Of a stretch of 64,000 nucleotides of DNA, positions 33,778 to 46,251 are shown in pieces. Made by a program: the position numbers and the translations under genes. The notes beneath the pieces were generated by a model. That model was given only the letters and a program-made list of their open reading frames with translations, ran no database searches and was not told the origin of the DNA. Numbering within the stretch: the first letter of the stretch is position 1; the number at the start of each line of letters is the position of its first letter. The DNA comes from Calditrichia bacterium (GTDB lineage Bacteria; Calditrichota; Calditrichia; JAJRVZ01), in contig CAWCNS010000011.1 in assembly GCA_963796965.1 (NCBI GenBank), forward strand, positions 224,001 through 288,000, in the 5' to 3' direction.

Positions 33778-33917
33778 TGTAACGGGATCTTCGACGCGGT
33801 CTGTCCCTACTTGATAATTAATTACCACAATAAGAGACGGCCCAGCGGCCCGTCTCTACAACCATCGTATTGTTGATACTCTCCTCTCTTCTGTCTTCTC
33901 CTTTCTTTCCGAATAGT
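33778..33917. repeat. Left arm of long inverted repeat (GTAG-REP doublet plus pyrimidine tract)
   Basis: 33778-33863 is the reverse complement of 35212-35298 except one indel; weaker match extends to 33917. Confidence 0.92.
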
Positions 33918-34024
33918 CCTTACCTGAACATTCGAATATTGATTATTGAATCTCCATTTAGGTTTTACTCATTCACCCTAACCTTGTATATTTACATATT
34001 CACAATAAATTATCAGGATAATAG

Positions 34025-35112
34025 ATGAGAAATCGATATCACATATTGTTGAGTGAATGGCTGCTCGTGATAGTCTATTGGTTTATTGTTTTTTATTTAT
34101 ATTACCTCTATGTGTTTATAGGTTATGGTGAGCAGCTTATTGAAAGCCCTCTTACAGATTATATCAACTCGGGATATGCCTACTATGAATTAATTATTCA
34201 AGACTATCCTTTTTGGATTGCTTTTTAATATTATCAACACCTTAACAGATCAGCCAAAAGTTCGCAGAAAATCACTCGGTAAAATAATCTTATTGAAGAG
34301 CAGCTTATATTTGATAGCGATTATCGGTTCAGAATTGATTGTACTGCTTATTTTCTACTTCTTCGATTTAATGTCCTATAAAGATTACGGCAGATTTGGG
34401 GATTTTGCTTCACTCAATTTCTATATATCTTTTTTGGTATATTTCATTATTTCTAGTCTTTCCATCAATTTTTTCCTGCAGATGAATCGCAAAATTGGTC
34501 CCGGAAATATGATTAAATTGCTCCTGGGACGGTACCATAAACCCCACGACGAAAATCGCATCTTTATGTTTCTCGATTTAAAAAGTTCTACAACGATTGC
34601 CGAAAAACTAGGACATAGAATCTATAGCCAGTTTATCAGGGATTGTTTCCAGGATCTGACGGACTCTCTTCTACGGTATAAAGCTGAGATTTATCAATTT
34701 GTTGGTGACGAGGTAATCCTCACCTGGGAGCAAGATCGTGGATTAAGCGGGCAAGCGTGTATAAGAACTTATTTTGATTTTAAAGATGCTCTTCTTTACC
34801 GCAGAGACTACTATCTTCGAACCTATAATACCACACCCGAATTTCGTGCGGGGATGGATATGGGTATTGTAACCGCAACAGAGATTGGTGATATCAAACG
34901 TGAGATAGCTTACCACGGAGACGTTCTCAACACGGCTGCAAGAATATTAGGGCAATGCAATAAATACAGTAAAAATTTACTTGTCTCAAAAAATCTTGCG
35001 GATCAAGTAAAAAGTAATGAATCTTTCCGGAAAGTCCCAATTGGTGAAGTTCGAGCTTCGCGGCAAAAAAGATAGTGTAAAGATTTATAGTATTGATGAG
35101 AACAATCAATAA
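34025..35112 (+). CDS. Membrane-bound class III adenylate/guanylate cyclase (frameshifts near 34205 and 35050)
   Basis: N-terminal hydrophobic helices; FMFLDLKSSTTIAE, YQFVGDE, IAYHGDVLNTAARI. Confidence 0.9.
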
Positions 35113-35159
35113 CAACCCGTGAAACGTATGACATGTGACGCGAAACGCGCCAGACGTGC

Positions 35160-35298
35160 ACTGTTCGGAAAGAACGAAGAAGACAGCAGAGAAGAGTATC
35201 AGTAATGCGTAGGTTGTAGAGACGGGCCGCTGGGCCGTCTCTTATTGTGGTAATTAATTATCAAGTAGGGACAGACCGCGTCGAAAGATCCCGTTACA
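35160..35298. repeat. Right arm of long inverted repeat
   Basis: Mirror of 33778-33917; GTAG tags at 35216 and 35265. Confidence 0.92.
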
Positions 35299-35426
35299 GC
35301 GTGGGCGATGATCTAGTCCCGATAAGAATAGAAGATATTCTAAGATTCAAGAATGAAATTGTTGGAATTCGTGGACAAACCCAATTAATATCTAAAACCA
35401 AATACCAAGATAAAGGAGAGATCCCA

Positions 35427-36731
35427 ATGTCACCAAAAATGAATCGAAGAAGATTTATGGAAGTCAGCGCTGCAACCGGATTAGGTGTAGCCATATCTGG
35501 AAATGTAATAGGAAAGAGCGCTTTACCACCAAAGAAGACAGTAAAAGTAGGGGTGGTCGGCACCGGTAATCGTGGTAAAAGTCTTATGCGCAACTTATTA
35601 AATGTGGAAGGAGTTGAGATACCTGCTATATGCGATATCAACAAAGAACATCTTCAACAAGCGGAAGAAATTTTGTCCTCTGAAGGCAGAACAAAACCCG
35701 AGTTATATATCAAGGATGAATATACCTATAAAAAAATGTTTGAGCGTGATGATCTGGATGCCGTAATTATCGCGACATACTGGGAATGGCATACACCGAT
35801 GGCCGTAGACGCTATGAAAGCGGGAAAATATGCCGGAGTTGAAGTTCCCGCTGCCTACACGTTGGATGAATGCTGGGATCTTGTCAACACCTATGAAGAA
35901 ACCAAAGTACCCTGCATGATGATGGAAAACTGGAGTTTCCGACGGGACAACCTGGCTATCCTGAATATGATACGCCAGGGTATGTTTGGTGACATTGTCC
36001 ATTGTCATTGTGCCCATTCTCATGATTGTGTCGACCACTGGTTCTTTGATGGGGAGACAGGGATGGACCGCTGGTCAGCAAAATATTTACTTAATCATAA
36101 CCGTGATCAATATCCCACACATCAGCAGGGTCCCGTTATCAGCTGGTTGGATATCGGGTGCGGAGATTATTATGATTATATCACTTCCACAGCCTCAGAC
36201 AGCCGGGCGATAAACGCCTATTTTGAACGCCGTTTTGGTAAAGATCATCCAAATTATAGTCGCAAATATGCCCAGGGAGATGTTGTCACCACCGTCGTCA
36301 GAACAAAGAACGGAAAATCATTGGTTATAAATTATGATATGCAGCTACCCCGCCCCTATGATAACCGCTGGATGCTCCAGGGAACACGCGGGTTATATAA
36401 TGAGCAGCGGGAAGCACTTTACATAGTAGAAAAAAGTCCCGAATTTCACAAATGGGAACCTTTCGCACCTTACCAGGAAAAATATGAGCATGAATGGTGG
36501 AAACAAGAGGTAAAAGGCGGTCATGGAGGAACCGATTATATTGAACTCACTCAGTTCATAGAGGCTGTTCGAAATAAAACCCAAACACCAATAGACGTAT
36601 ATGACTCAGCAATAATGAGTGTGATTGGACCTCTATCAGAACAATCCATTGCCATGAACAGTGTTCCGGTTAAAGTGCCTGATTTTACACGCGGTAAATG
36701 GAAAACCCGGAAACCACGCTTTGCTGTGTGA
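35427..36731 (+). CDS. Tat-exported Gfo/Idh/MocA oxidoreductase, GH109-like
   Basis: AGGAG RBS; NRRRFM Tat motif; GVVGTGNRG, ATYWEWH, VEVPAA, YPTH, GHGGTD, PDFTRGKW. Confidence 0.88.
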   Translation: MSPKMNRRRFMEVSAATGLGVAISGNVIGKSALPPKKTVKVGVVGTGNRGKSLMRNLLNVEGVEIPAICDINKEHLQQAEEILSSEGRTKPELYIKDEYTYKKMFERDDLDAVIIATYWEWHTPMAVDAMKAGKYAGVEVPAAYTLDECWDLVNTYEETKVPCMMMENWSFRRDNLAILNMIRQGMFGDIVHCHCAHSHDCVDHWFFDGETGMDRWSAKYLLNHNRDQYPTHQQGPVISWLDIGCGDYYDYITSTASDSRAINAYFERRFGKDHPNYSRKYAQGDVVTTVVRTKNGKSLVINYDMQLPRPYDNRWMLQGTRGLYNEQREALYIVEKSPEFHKWEPFAPYQEKYEHEWWKQEVKGGHGGTDYIELTQFIEAVRNKTQTPIDVYDSAIMSVIGPLSEQSIAMNSVPVKVPDFTRGKWKTRKPRFAV

Positions 36732-36980
36732 TTTTACTCAAGGAAGAAACAAGAAACCACAAAGGACACAAAGAAGGCGCAAAGTACACTAAGATTATTA
36801 AGGAATGATATAAGATATAGGGTAAGAAAATAATTAAACAACCACTTCCTTTTACCCCCTCCTTAGTTAAGGAAGGGGATTATGGAGGGGGTGATTGGGA
36901 GTCCTTTTTTTTGCGCTGCGTCGCCGCGGCGCTGCGCGAATAGAAATTCATATTCTGGCAACAAAAAATGTGTTTAAGCG

Positions 36981-37008
36981 GGAACAATATGGAATTTCGA
37001 TTGTCTAA
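36981..37008 (+). promoter_or_regulatory. Putative ECF (sigmaE-type) promoter
   Basis: GGAAC-N17-GTCTAA about 100 nt upstream of the Spy-like gene. Confidence 0.55.
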
Positions 37009-37111
37009 TATTAATATATCAAATCAAATAGAATCAGATCAAAGAAGATCAAATCACAGAATATTAATTAAGAATAATCTATACATTAGACAATCCTAAG
37101 GAGAGCAGATA

Positions 37112-37867
37112 ATGTTCAAATTTATATTTTTATCGTCATTGGCATTTGTACTTATGTTCAGCATTACAGCCTGTAATCAATCTGAACCGCAAACATTAGA
37201 GCAACCCAACTACTTCAAGAGTTTGGCCGGAAGTGACGCAGAATTCCTCCTCGTAGCCTATTCAGATCCGCTTGAAATTGAACAGGAAGAAGCATTTCTC
37301 ATTGATGGTGCCGGTCCTATGTATTTTTGGGTCCTGGATCTTACTGAAGAACAAAAAGAACAAATTAAAGAGATTGTAAGTGATTTGCGACCAGATTTTA
37401 AAGAGATGTGTTCTCGCTGGACTGAAGGGAAATCCTGGGAAGAGATACGTGAAGAGAGGATGGCACTTAGAGAGAAAATCAGAATGGCTATTTATGAGAT
37501 CTTAACTGATGAGCAAAAGGCGATTGTTGATGAAATGGCTGCTCAGCTGGCGGCCGGTGAATTTCCTGATGCTGTCGTCGAAAAACGTGTTGAGAAATTG
37601 ACTGAAGCGTTGGGTCTTGACACTGATCAACAACAGAAGATAACTGATCTTTTTAAAGATTATGGTTCTCAGATGATCCAGATGCGGAATGCCAGTGATG
37701 ATCCAAAAGAGTTCCATATGGCAAAGTATGAGCTATTTCAGGAATTAGATGCGAAGATCAGAGAAATTCTCACAGAAGAGCAGATTGAACTTTATGATGC
37801 TTTTAAGAATGAGAATCGTAAAAGGAAATTTCATGGTAGGTTTCGTGGATGGTCTGATAAAAAATAA
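37112..37867 (+). CDS. Lipoprotein with tandem Spy/CpxP-like (LTxxQ) modules
   Basis: Lipobox ITAC; LDLTEEQ, ILTDEQ, LGLDTDQ, ILTEEQ. Confidence 0.7.
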   Translation: MFKFIFLSSLAFVLMFSITACNQSEPQTLEQPNYFKSLAGSDAEFLLVAYSDPLEIEQEEAFLIDGAGPMYFWVLDLTEEQKEQIKEIVSDLRPDFKEMCSRWTEGKSWEEIREERMALREKIRMAIYEILTDEQKAIVDEMAAQLAAGEFPDAVVEKRVEKLTEALGLDTDQQQKITDLFKDYGSQMIQMRNASDDPKEFHMAKYELFQELDAKIREILTEEQIELYDAFKNENRKRKFHGRFRGWSDKK

Positions 37868-37890
37868 TACAGATCAATACAATTACATCA

Positions 37891-37918
37891 GTAGTGGCCG
37901 TTCGCGAACGGCCACTAC
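37891..37918. repeat. Perfect 28-bp GTAG-tagged palindrome between convergent genes; possible terminator
   Basis: gtagtggccgttcg|cgaacggccactac. Confidence 0.8.
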
Positions 37919-37981
37919 AATTCATTGCTCTTTGCTCCTCACTCTTCACTCTCTACGCTTTGCTCTCCACTTTATTTTTGC

Positions 37982-40194
37982 CTAGTGAAATACCTGCGAA
38001 AATCCCACAACAAATCTTCTTCCAAAATCAGGATAACCTACTACTGTTGAGAAACGTTCATCGGTCAGATTTCGTACCTCCAGATAGACACGTGTCTTGA
38101 AATTTTCGCCAAACGATTTCCCAAACGTAGCGTTAATTAGTAGATAATCACCTAATGGTTGCGGCTCGGAGGTTGTCCGTTTACCCTGCCTGCAAACCTT
38201 GTATTTTCATAATCTGATACAATCTTTCCAAAAAGGTTGAAATCAAAACCACGGTACCCATAATATACTCCGGCAGAAGTAATAAATTGGGGGAAGGTGG
38301 CGTTTTTAATAAATTCTCCGTCCTCCTCATACCGTGAGTAGACCGCCAGCAGATTTACAAAACATTCCAATGAATTAAACCATAGAGCCGATCGTGCTTC
38401 AAACTCAACACCTACCTGATCCTGGTTTCGATTCTTATAATATTCCAGTATCCGCCCATCATCAAAATGTACCGTATCGCTAAGTACAATCGCATTGTTT
38501 TGTTTGACAAAAAATCCGGTTAACGTAAATTGTCCCACATTTTTGATTATCGTTTGAAAACCAAGATCAAATTTATAACGGGTTTCATTCAAGGGTTTTT
38601 CATATGTTTCACTCAAAGAACCTTCCCTGGGTTTGATTTCTCCTGCCGAGAAATTTAAATGAATGGAATAGGGGGAATCAAAATAATATACCCCACCCAG
38701 ACTGCCCGTAAAAACACCGGGTTCCCATGCATCCACAACCGGATCTACTTTGGCAAATCCTCCTGCGACACCGTTAATATTAAACGCCCCGTACTCATTA
38801 ATATAGGATCTGGCCCAGCGTACCCCTGCATCCAGATTAAATTTTCCAAAACGGTGCTCATCCACAATAACAGCTGAAATCGTCTCCAAATCTGCTCGGC
38901 GACCACTATAAAATCGTTTGCCGTTTGGGGCTACCCAATGATTATAAAGGCCACCAAATCGCAAATTATTATTTTTGGATAATGAGAGTGCCTGGGTAAA
39001 GTTGAGTCCAAACTCATGGTCAGATTCGGAGACAACAATGGGTTCAGCATCCGTTTCTGTGACATATTTGGGATTTCTGTCACTATAATAGATCAACAGT
39101 TCACTGGATGCTTTCGGACTCGATTGATAAAATGCTTTTAAGTTAAATAATGTCGCACGATAGGGATCATAACGTGATATCTGAGTTTGTAGACGCGTAT
39201 TGGCTGGGGGTTCAGCCAGGGCTAATTCTCTTTTTCCATCTAAATAATAAAAATTGAAATCGAGATTGAGATCCTCTGAGGCTTGCCAATCCACCCGCCC
39301 ATAAAGATTTGCCATTCGCTCGGCGGCATTCTTATCCTCCGGACCAGCCGTACCCTGCAGGCCAAGTCCGGTTGCATAACTCACATCGCCTACCTTTGAT
39401 CCATGGGATAAACGGGCCCAATAGGAGCCAAATGTTCCATACTCGGCAGAATAGGAAGTCTCCATCGTTTCATACTGTCTGGTATCTACCTTAATTACGC
39501 CGGCCAATCCGTTTAAACCCGTCAACAATGCCGCACTGGATCTCACAATTTCAATTTTTTCAATATCAGCAGAAGAGTAAAAATAGGGTAATTCATGGAA
39601 TTCTCTCTGCCAGGCTCCATTTAGAGCATACTCCGGATAGGGGTAGGTTTGCCCCCGTACCGAAAAAAATTGTTTTACTTTTCGTCCCCGTGATTCGACG
39701 AATCCCCCTGGTATATACTGCATGGATTCTGTAAGTGTTTTAGCACCCTGTTTTTGGATTTGATCTTTTTTAACAACCGAAATGGCTGTATATAAGGCCG
39801 GTGATTCTAACTTAGGAGAGACAACAACATTTCGGTATTTTTGTGCTGTTACTTCAATAGCCTGCAATTGTAACACGGTAGGAACGAGGATAATATTTTC
39901 TTGAATCATAGAGTTCACACGTACTTCTACAGTGACTGTCTGAACCTTATAGCCCATCATCGATGTTTCCAGAGTATATTCTCCTGGAGAAAGTTTATCA
40001 ATTAGATAACTTCCATCATCCTGACTTGTCGTACCAAAAGTTGTACCGCTGACCACCACATTCACATTCTCCAGGGGTAATCCTGTTTCTGCATCGCTTA
40101 TAGTTCCCCTAATTCCTTGAGAAAAGACTAAGCCCAAATTTAATACAAGTAATAATAAACATTTATTTAAATTAATCTTTTTTATAATATTCAT
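37982..40194 (-). CDS. TonB-dependent receptor with N-terminal CarboxypepD_reg-like domain (frameshift near 38160)
   Basis: IRGTISDAETGLPL, plug IEKIEIVRS..GLAGVI, alternate-frame end RNLTDERF..GRRF..FH-stop. Confidence 0.88.
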
Positions 40195-40536
40195 GTAAAA
40201 AGTTCGCTTTCTCAATTTACTCTATATATCTTTTATATACAGAAATAATGTCCGGTTCAAAAGAGACATAGATGTTTTAATGAAGATTCTCATTAATAAC
40301 CCCTTCTCTTCTTTTGAGAAGGGCTCCTCAAACCCTCTCTTTTCAAGAGAGGGATTTAGGGTGAGTTCTTTAGATCAAGTCTCCATTTGGGATATTAATA
40401 TAATTATTTGATATTTCTTTTTTTATGAAGACAAATTTATTTCTTAACTGGAAACATATGAGATATAGACATTTATAATTTTTGAATTTTTTATATCACT
40501 GTATTAGAAATTGGTTGTGATACAATATTGTAGATC

Positions 40537-43500
40537 TCAATTACCGATTCCAATTGCTTGAACCTCTAATTCGTCCGAGATTATTTCGATGCCGGATAGA
40601 ATTGCCCTGCTGTTCGGGGCCAGGTCAGATGGTCTAAAACTAATCACAAGTTTATCCTTCACCGTTACCCCTTTGATGCGTTTTACAATATCTCTCTCAA
40701 CACCACCCGCTTCTTTTGCAATATCAAAATTCTTGAGAACGGGTTTCCCCTGTACCTCAACATTAAAGATTCTCTCTCCAGCCCCTTTTGACCCAAGCTC
40801 AGCAAAATACAATCTAATTGAATAAGATGCTGATAACATTGGTTCTGTGGACAATGTAATTTCTACAGTTTGAAGACCTGAAATGGCTGAAGTACTAACC
40901 CATGGTAAAATTTTACACCCTGGTAAAAATGAAGAATGCCGTCGCATATAGGTTGGCTCATCCGCAACAATTTTCACTGGAATATCTGGTGAAGGGCCAC
41001 CAATACTAGGATAATCCAACCATAAAACGCCATTTTCTGCCATCCGGTCGCCAGGCGCATTCATATTTAAACCTACTTTTTTAACCGGGTTACCGTCCCA
41101 GGCAAAATCACTGGTTGTCCAGTATTCAACGCCGGGCATGTGCACGAGAGCCAGGGAGGTTTGATTCTGGTAGCCGCATTGACAGGTGCGCGTATAATCC
41201 GGTGCGTTTAACACCCCATTTGCAGCGATCAGGTTGGACGTGCATCCAGATTTAAAACCACCAAAATGTCCTAATCCCCCATCATTTTCCAGGTCAAAAA
41301 AACCTGCAGCAGAGGATCTAAAGGATAATAAATTTTCAGATGCAATATTATAATTACAGCCTTTTGTTCTGGTATAAGTCCAGGGCAACATTTTCATGGA
41401 GAGGGGACTTTCTCTCTGAATTCTTTCACCACTAAATATATCCAAACCAATATGCTCTGTAATAATCTGATTATTATGCAGAATAGGTGGATTATGATAG
41501 GTAACGGGCTTATCCCACACTTCTGCACCACTATCTGCTTTATAAACAATCATTCTCCTTCCCTTTTCTCCCGATAACATGTCACCGGAGGGGCGTGTGG
41601 CCTGGAGGAGCAAATTATTTTTTTCTGAATATCCCAGCCAGGTACCAAAAACATTTTTATTTTTTTTCCAAACGACATCACCATTTTGAATATTCAGAGC
41701 CAACAAGCGGTAATTTGTGGGAAGTTCTATTCCCCGTCTTTCCATTTTACCTTCAATAAAAGCAGGAATTTTATCCAGGCAGTAGAGTTTCCCACCGGAA
41801 GCAACAACTGAATTATGAATAAAGCCATGCCGGCTTTCAATCTGCCAATTCACCACACCGGAATACCGGTCCATAATGACCAGCCGTTTGCTGGCCGATA
41901 GGTCATAATTTGTTTTATCCCTCAAATCTGTGAATTTTTTCAAGGAAAGCGAATCGAGTTTATTTTGCTCTTCTCTGGACAATGGCGTCAGACTTGAGTA
42001 ATCGGCAAACTCCGATCCGGCAATCAGATAATTTTTATATACACCAATATAGCCCCAGTCCGGTTTTATATTTCCCTCGATTAGTGGCAAATTAAATATA
42101 TTATTCACTTCCCCGGTTTTTATATCAAGAACCAGACAATCCGTTCCCTGAATAATATAAACGAAATCATGACTAACGACATAATTTGTACCCCTTCCGT
42201 TCGCTCCGGGTATATGTCTTTGATTATAGGTAGCCACAAGTGGGGTATTCGTATACGTCTCATTATAGTACATTTGAAATGTTTCGAGACAGTCGAGAGG
42301 GGTCTTCCACAAAACACGGCCCGTGTAGACGTCCCGGGCACTTATGCCATCCATACCTTCGATGATAAGCCGGCCATCAACAATCTGCTCTGGAGGGCCA
42401 TGTCCATGACGGGGTAATACATCTAAATTTGAATTCCCGCCAAACCACAAAAGACCCAGGGGCATTTTAACCAGATTATCATCTGATTTTACAGAATTCT
42501 GAATATTTCCATATTGATGGGTCCAGTCATCGGAACCTGCTAGGGGGCCGCTTCGGGTTAACAACAATCCATCATCAAAGATTTCATGTTCAATTTGCTC
42601 ACTATCAGATCTATTAATTACAGATATTAACTTTTCACGCTGTATTTCATCCAGGGGAAGCCATATACTTCCATCATAGGGTCTGGCCGTCCAAATTAAT
42701 TTTTCATAGTTTTCTTTATCCGGATAAAAGCCCGAATCCTCTATATTTTCAATGACAGTCAACGAAGAAAAATATTGTGGAAAATTAACAGTTGACAGAC
42801 TGCCTTGAATTAACGATATGCGCTGACCGTACAATCCCATATCATCAAATTTTCGTCTTAATTCATTTATTTTGTTTGCATCAGGATCAACACCAATTAA
42901 AGAAAGATTGGAATTTAATACCATAGCGGCTAATAGATCTCCATTCCCAATACCATAGACGATTCCATATCCTTCTGGATTAGCCGCGCGACTTAATAGT
43001 TTTGCAACGTTTCTGATTTAATTCTTCCGAAGGTGTCCAGTTCTCTGTCTGGTTATAAAATTGTGTTGCATTCAATTTCTCTTTTCCAAAGGCCATTATC
43101 TTGCCATCTTCTGTTACGGCAACAAGATAATCATTAGCCGCAATTAAACGACTCACCTGGCCATCCACTTTAAATTGCCAGATTTTCTGAGGTTTCCGTT
43201 TATCCGTTGATGGTCTCAATTTTGTTATTACGTTTTTGCCACCGGCATACAAAAAATCACCAGCCATAATCAAGTCACCCGAAGCATCAATATCTGACTT
43301 CCAGAGATCTTTACCCGGATTGATTGCACTTCGCGCTGAAATGCTGGGTCCTGAAAAATAGTACATTTCATTTGTGATAACGGGAAATTTACCTGGCCTC
43401 CGTGCGATTAACTCCCCATTATTCAGATTATATAAATTAGTCATTCTATCGCGATCATGATTAAAAAACACCGTATCAACAGCACAAATAAAAGACCCGC

Positions 43501-44317
43501 CAGATTTACCAAATTTTGCCAGATGATAATAGCGCATTTCCCCACTCAATCGATCAAAACAGGCAGGCACCGAGCGCCCTCCGGGGATGAGTAGATTATC
43601 GCCACTAAGAGCAAATGCGCCCTGGGGTGCTATACCAGCAAAGGCGGGATAATTGTGCGGTTGTCTGATAAAATTTGCACCGGTTTCTTCATTACGCCAA
43701 ACAACATCACCATTTTCAGCATCGAGGGCATAAATAAAAGTCCCCATCATCGGCCAGATACTATTCGCGAAATAGAGAATGCCATCTTTGATCACAACAC
43801 CGCCCCGTGCCGGCCACATAGATATTAATCGTCTATTTCCCAATATCTTTTGGTTCGTCGGTGCACCCTCAAACTTCCAAAGCACATCACCCTTCTCAGC
43901 TGACAGGCAATAAAGATTACCATCATCACTGGTAAAATAAATTTTGTTTTTCCAACCAGCCAGGGGTAAACGTACAGGTGCATCCGTGAAGAACTCCCAC
44001 TTCTGCCTTCCGGTTCGCAAATCGAAAGCAGCTACTTTATCACAATCGTTAAACCCTACAAAAAGAATCGTATCTAATATAACGGGTTCAAAAACACGGT
44101 CATATTGCATCAGATCATTATTTAGCGGATCATCCCAAACAGGAATTCGTGCGGTAAAATGTTGAACCCAGTGCATATGCAAGTTATCACTTAGTTCCTC
44201 TGAGCTCGCAGCTGTTCTTCCCGCATCATAGCGCCACATGGGCCAATCTTCCGGCAAGCATTCACTCACCAACAACAAAACAGATAAAAGACAAAAAAAT
44301 AAAATTTTAAAATTCAT
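40537..44317 (-). CDS. Large PQQ-like beta-propeller protein with central methyltransferase-like segment and C-terminal malectin-like domain (frameshift near 42985)
   Basis: DWPMWRYD..RT, repeated GxxxW propeller blades, WTHQYG, APDYTRTCQC, IRLYFAE..GERIFNV..LSGIEI. Confidence 0.8.
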
Positions 44318-44326
44318 TTACACAAC

Positions 44327-44980
44327 CTATATTAATTTAAAGTCCTCAATTTTTACGATCCGGTCAGCCATCTTAGCTCGCGTAATATCATGCGTGACAA
44401 ACAAAACAGATCCCCCATCATTTGTAAAATTTCTCAGAGCCTTGATTACAATCGATGAATTTTCTTCATCTAAATTTCCCGTGATCTCATCTGCAAAAAC
44501 GACCTTGGGTGTATGTAGTAAGGCTCTGGCGAGTGCGGTTCTTTGTTTTTCTCCTGCACTCATCTCGCCGGGCCTATGGTTTTTTCGATTCGACAATCCA
44601 AATGCCTCAATTAAGTTAAGTGCTTTTTGAGTGTCATTTTCTGATTTCAATGCCAAAGCAGGTAAGAGTACATTCTCAAGAGTTGTCAAATATGGGACTA
44701 AGTGAAATTGTTGAAAAACAAACCCAAAATTAAGAGCCCGGAATCTTGCCCGTTCCTCACTATTTTTCAGGTAAAGATTTTCTTTATTTGAACAGACCGC
44801 TCCCTCACTGGGATGTAAAAGTCCCCCGGCAATCAGCAGGAGGGTGGTTTTCCCACTTCCACTCGCACCCTGGACTGCAATAAATTCGCCAGAATCTACC
44901 CTTAGGTTTACACCTTTCAGGACATCAATAGACGCATCATCTTTTCGAAATCTTTTAGTAATATGTGTTAATTCTAACAT
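44327..44980 (-). CDS. ABC transporter ATP-binding protein (LolD/MacB-like)
   Basis: GASGSGKT, FQQFHL, MSAGEKQR, ADEITGNLD, VTHD. Confidence 0.92.
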   Translation of the reverse strand: MLELTHITKRFRKDDASIDVLKGVNLRVDSGEFIAVQGASGSGKTTLLLIAGGLLHPSEGAVCSNKENLYLKNSEERARFRALNFGFVFQQFHLVPYLTTLENVLLPALALKSENDTQKALNLIEAFGLSNRKNHRPGEMSAGEKQRTALARALLHTPKVVFADEITGNLDEENSSIVIKALRNFTNDGGSVLFVTHDITRAKMADRIVKIEDFKLI

Positions 44981-44985
44981 CCAAA

Positions 44986-46251
44986 TTATTCCTGACTTAA
45001 AATCACAGCCGGATCTTGCTGGGAGGCCAAGAAAGCCGGAATCCAGCTTGCCAACAGGGAAATCATCGGCGCCAATCCCATAGCCAATAAAATTAGCTGC
45101 CAATCTAAATAAGCCAGTTCAAAAACGACACCTCTAAAGAGCAAACTAAGTGTCAATCCGGTAACTATCCCCAGGACAGCCCCGGCAAGACCCATCACTA
45201 ATGCTTTAAAAAGAAAAAGACCCAGTATCTTACGGGCTTTCAGACCCGTTGCTCTCAATATACCTATCTCACTCTGACGCTCTCTCACATTTGACATAAA
45301 TAAAAGCGCAATCCATAGAATACTCAGCCCCATGATGGATGGTACATAAATAGCTGCAAATCGTTCTTGCTCGTCACGAATTTGCATCCGGTATTTTTTT
45401 TCAGATTCAATCGCCTCCATTGCTTCTTTAGCTGCCCGGTCACGTGCTTCTGCCCGCGTTATAACTTTCGAAGCCTCTTCGATCACCTGTGTTCCCGGTA
45501 GGATTCCCCTTACTTCTGCCCGCACTTGCGATATTTCATTACCGGCACAATGACATTTTAAGGCAAGAATGGCATTAATCTGACCGGCTCTCTTTAGAAG
45601 AGACTGTGCCTGTTCCAGATCAATCCAAAAGGTGATATCGTCCTTATTTCCTCTTTCTTCATTGCATTGTGTAATAGTAAAATCTACCCCCTGTATATTT
45701 ACTTTATCTCCAACGACAAGATTGTTACTTCTATGCAATTCATATCCCACAACTACAGTACCTTTGGGAACCGGTATCAGAATTGGCTCTTTGGGATCAC
45801 GATGCAGAAAGGGCACTTCACCCCGGGTTCCAATAAGGATTACATTACGCTTTCCCTCTTTCCAGAATATTCTTTGATGTAAACTAGGAAGAAGATGGCG
45901 GATTGTCATTATTTTTGATTTTGCCAGAATGTTGACATAATCTTCCGGCATATATTTTGAAGCAAAATCATCAGCATAGAGATCAGTGAAATTCTGTCCC
46001 TCCGGCAGGATGAGTAAATTAAAGCCCAGCTTTTTCATGATGATTCTATAATCGTTCTCAAGATCCTTCATCCTTTTTTCAGTTTCTAACTTCTTCGCGG
46101 CTATAATCTTTTGCGTTTCAGAATCATGTATGGATAGAGAAGTAGCCGCAGCGATGAGAGCAGCGATGGCAATAATGATGGATAATAATCCGGAAATAAA
46201 ATTCAATTTACGTCTGTATATCTCCTTATAAACCAGCTGCCAGACGGTCAT
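44986..46251 (-). CDS. FtsX/MacB-like ABC permease
   Basis: One N-terminal and three C-terminal hydrophobic helices; NVRERQSEIGILRATG; start overlaps upstream stop (ATGA). Confidence 0.88.
   Translation of the reverse strand: MTVWQLVYKEIYRRKLNFISGLLSIIIAIAALIAAATSLSIHDSETQKIIAAKKLETEKRMKDLENDYRIIMKKLGFNLLILPEGQNFTDLYADDFASKYMPEDYVNILAKSKIMTIRHLLPSLHQRIFWKEGKRNVILIGTRGEVPFLHRDPKEPILIPVPKGTVVVGYELHRSNNLVVGDKVNIQGVDFTITQCNEERGNKDDITFWIDLEQAQSLLKRAGQINAILALKCHCAGNEISQVRAEVRGILPGTQVIEEASKVITRAEARDRAAKEAMEAIESEKKYRMQIRDEQERFAAIYVPSIMGLSILWIALLFMSNVRERQSEIGILRATGLKARKILGLFLFKALVMGLAGAVLGIVTGLTLSLLFRGVVFELAYLDWQLILLAMGLAPMISLLASWIPAFLASQQDPAVILSQE

Noticed and set aside
35247..35426. 60-aa N-terminal extension of the GH109-like ORF
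   Set aside because: Read-through of repeat DNA; RBS and Tat motif place the start at 35427.
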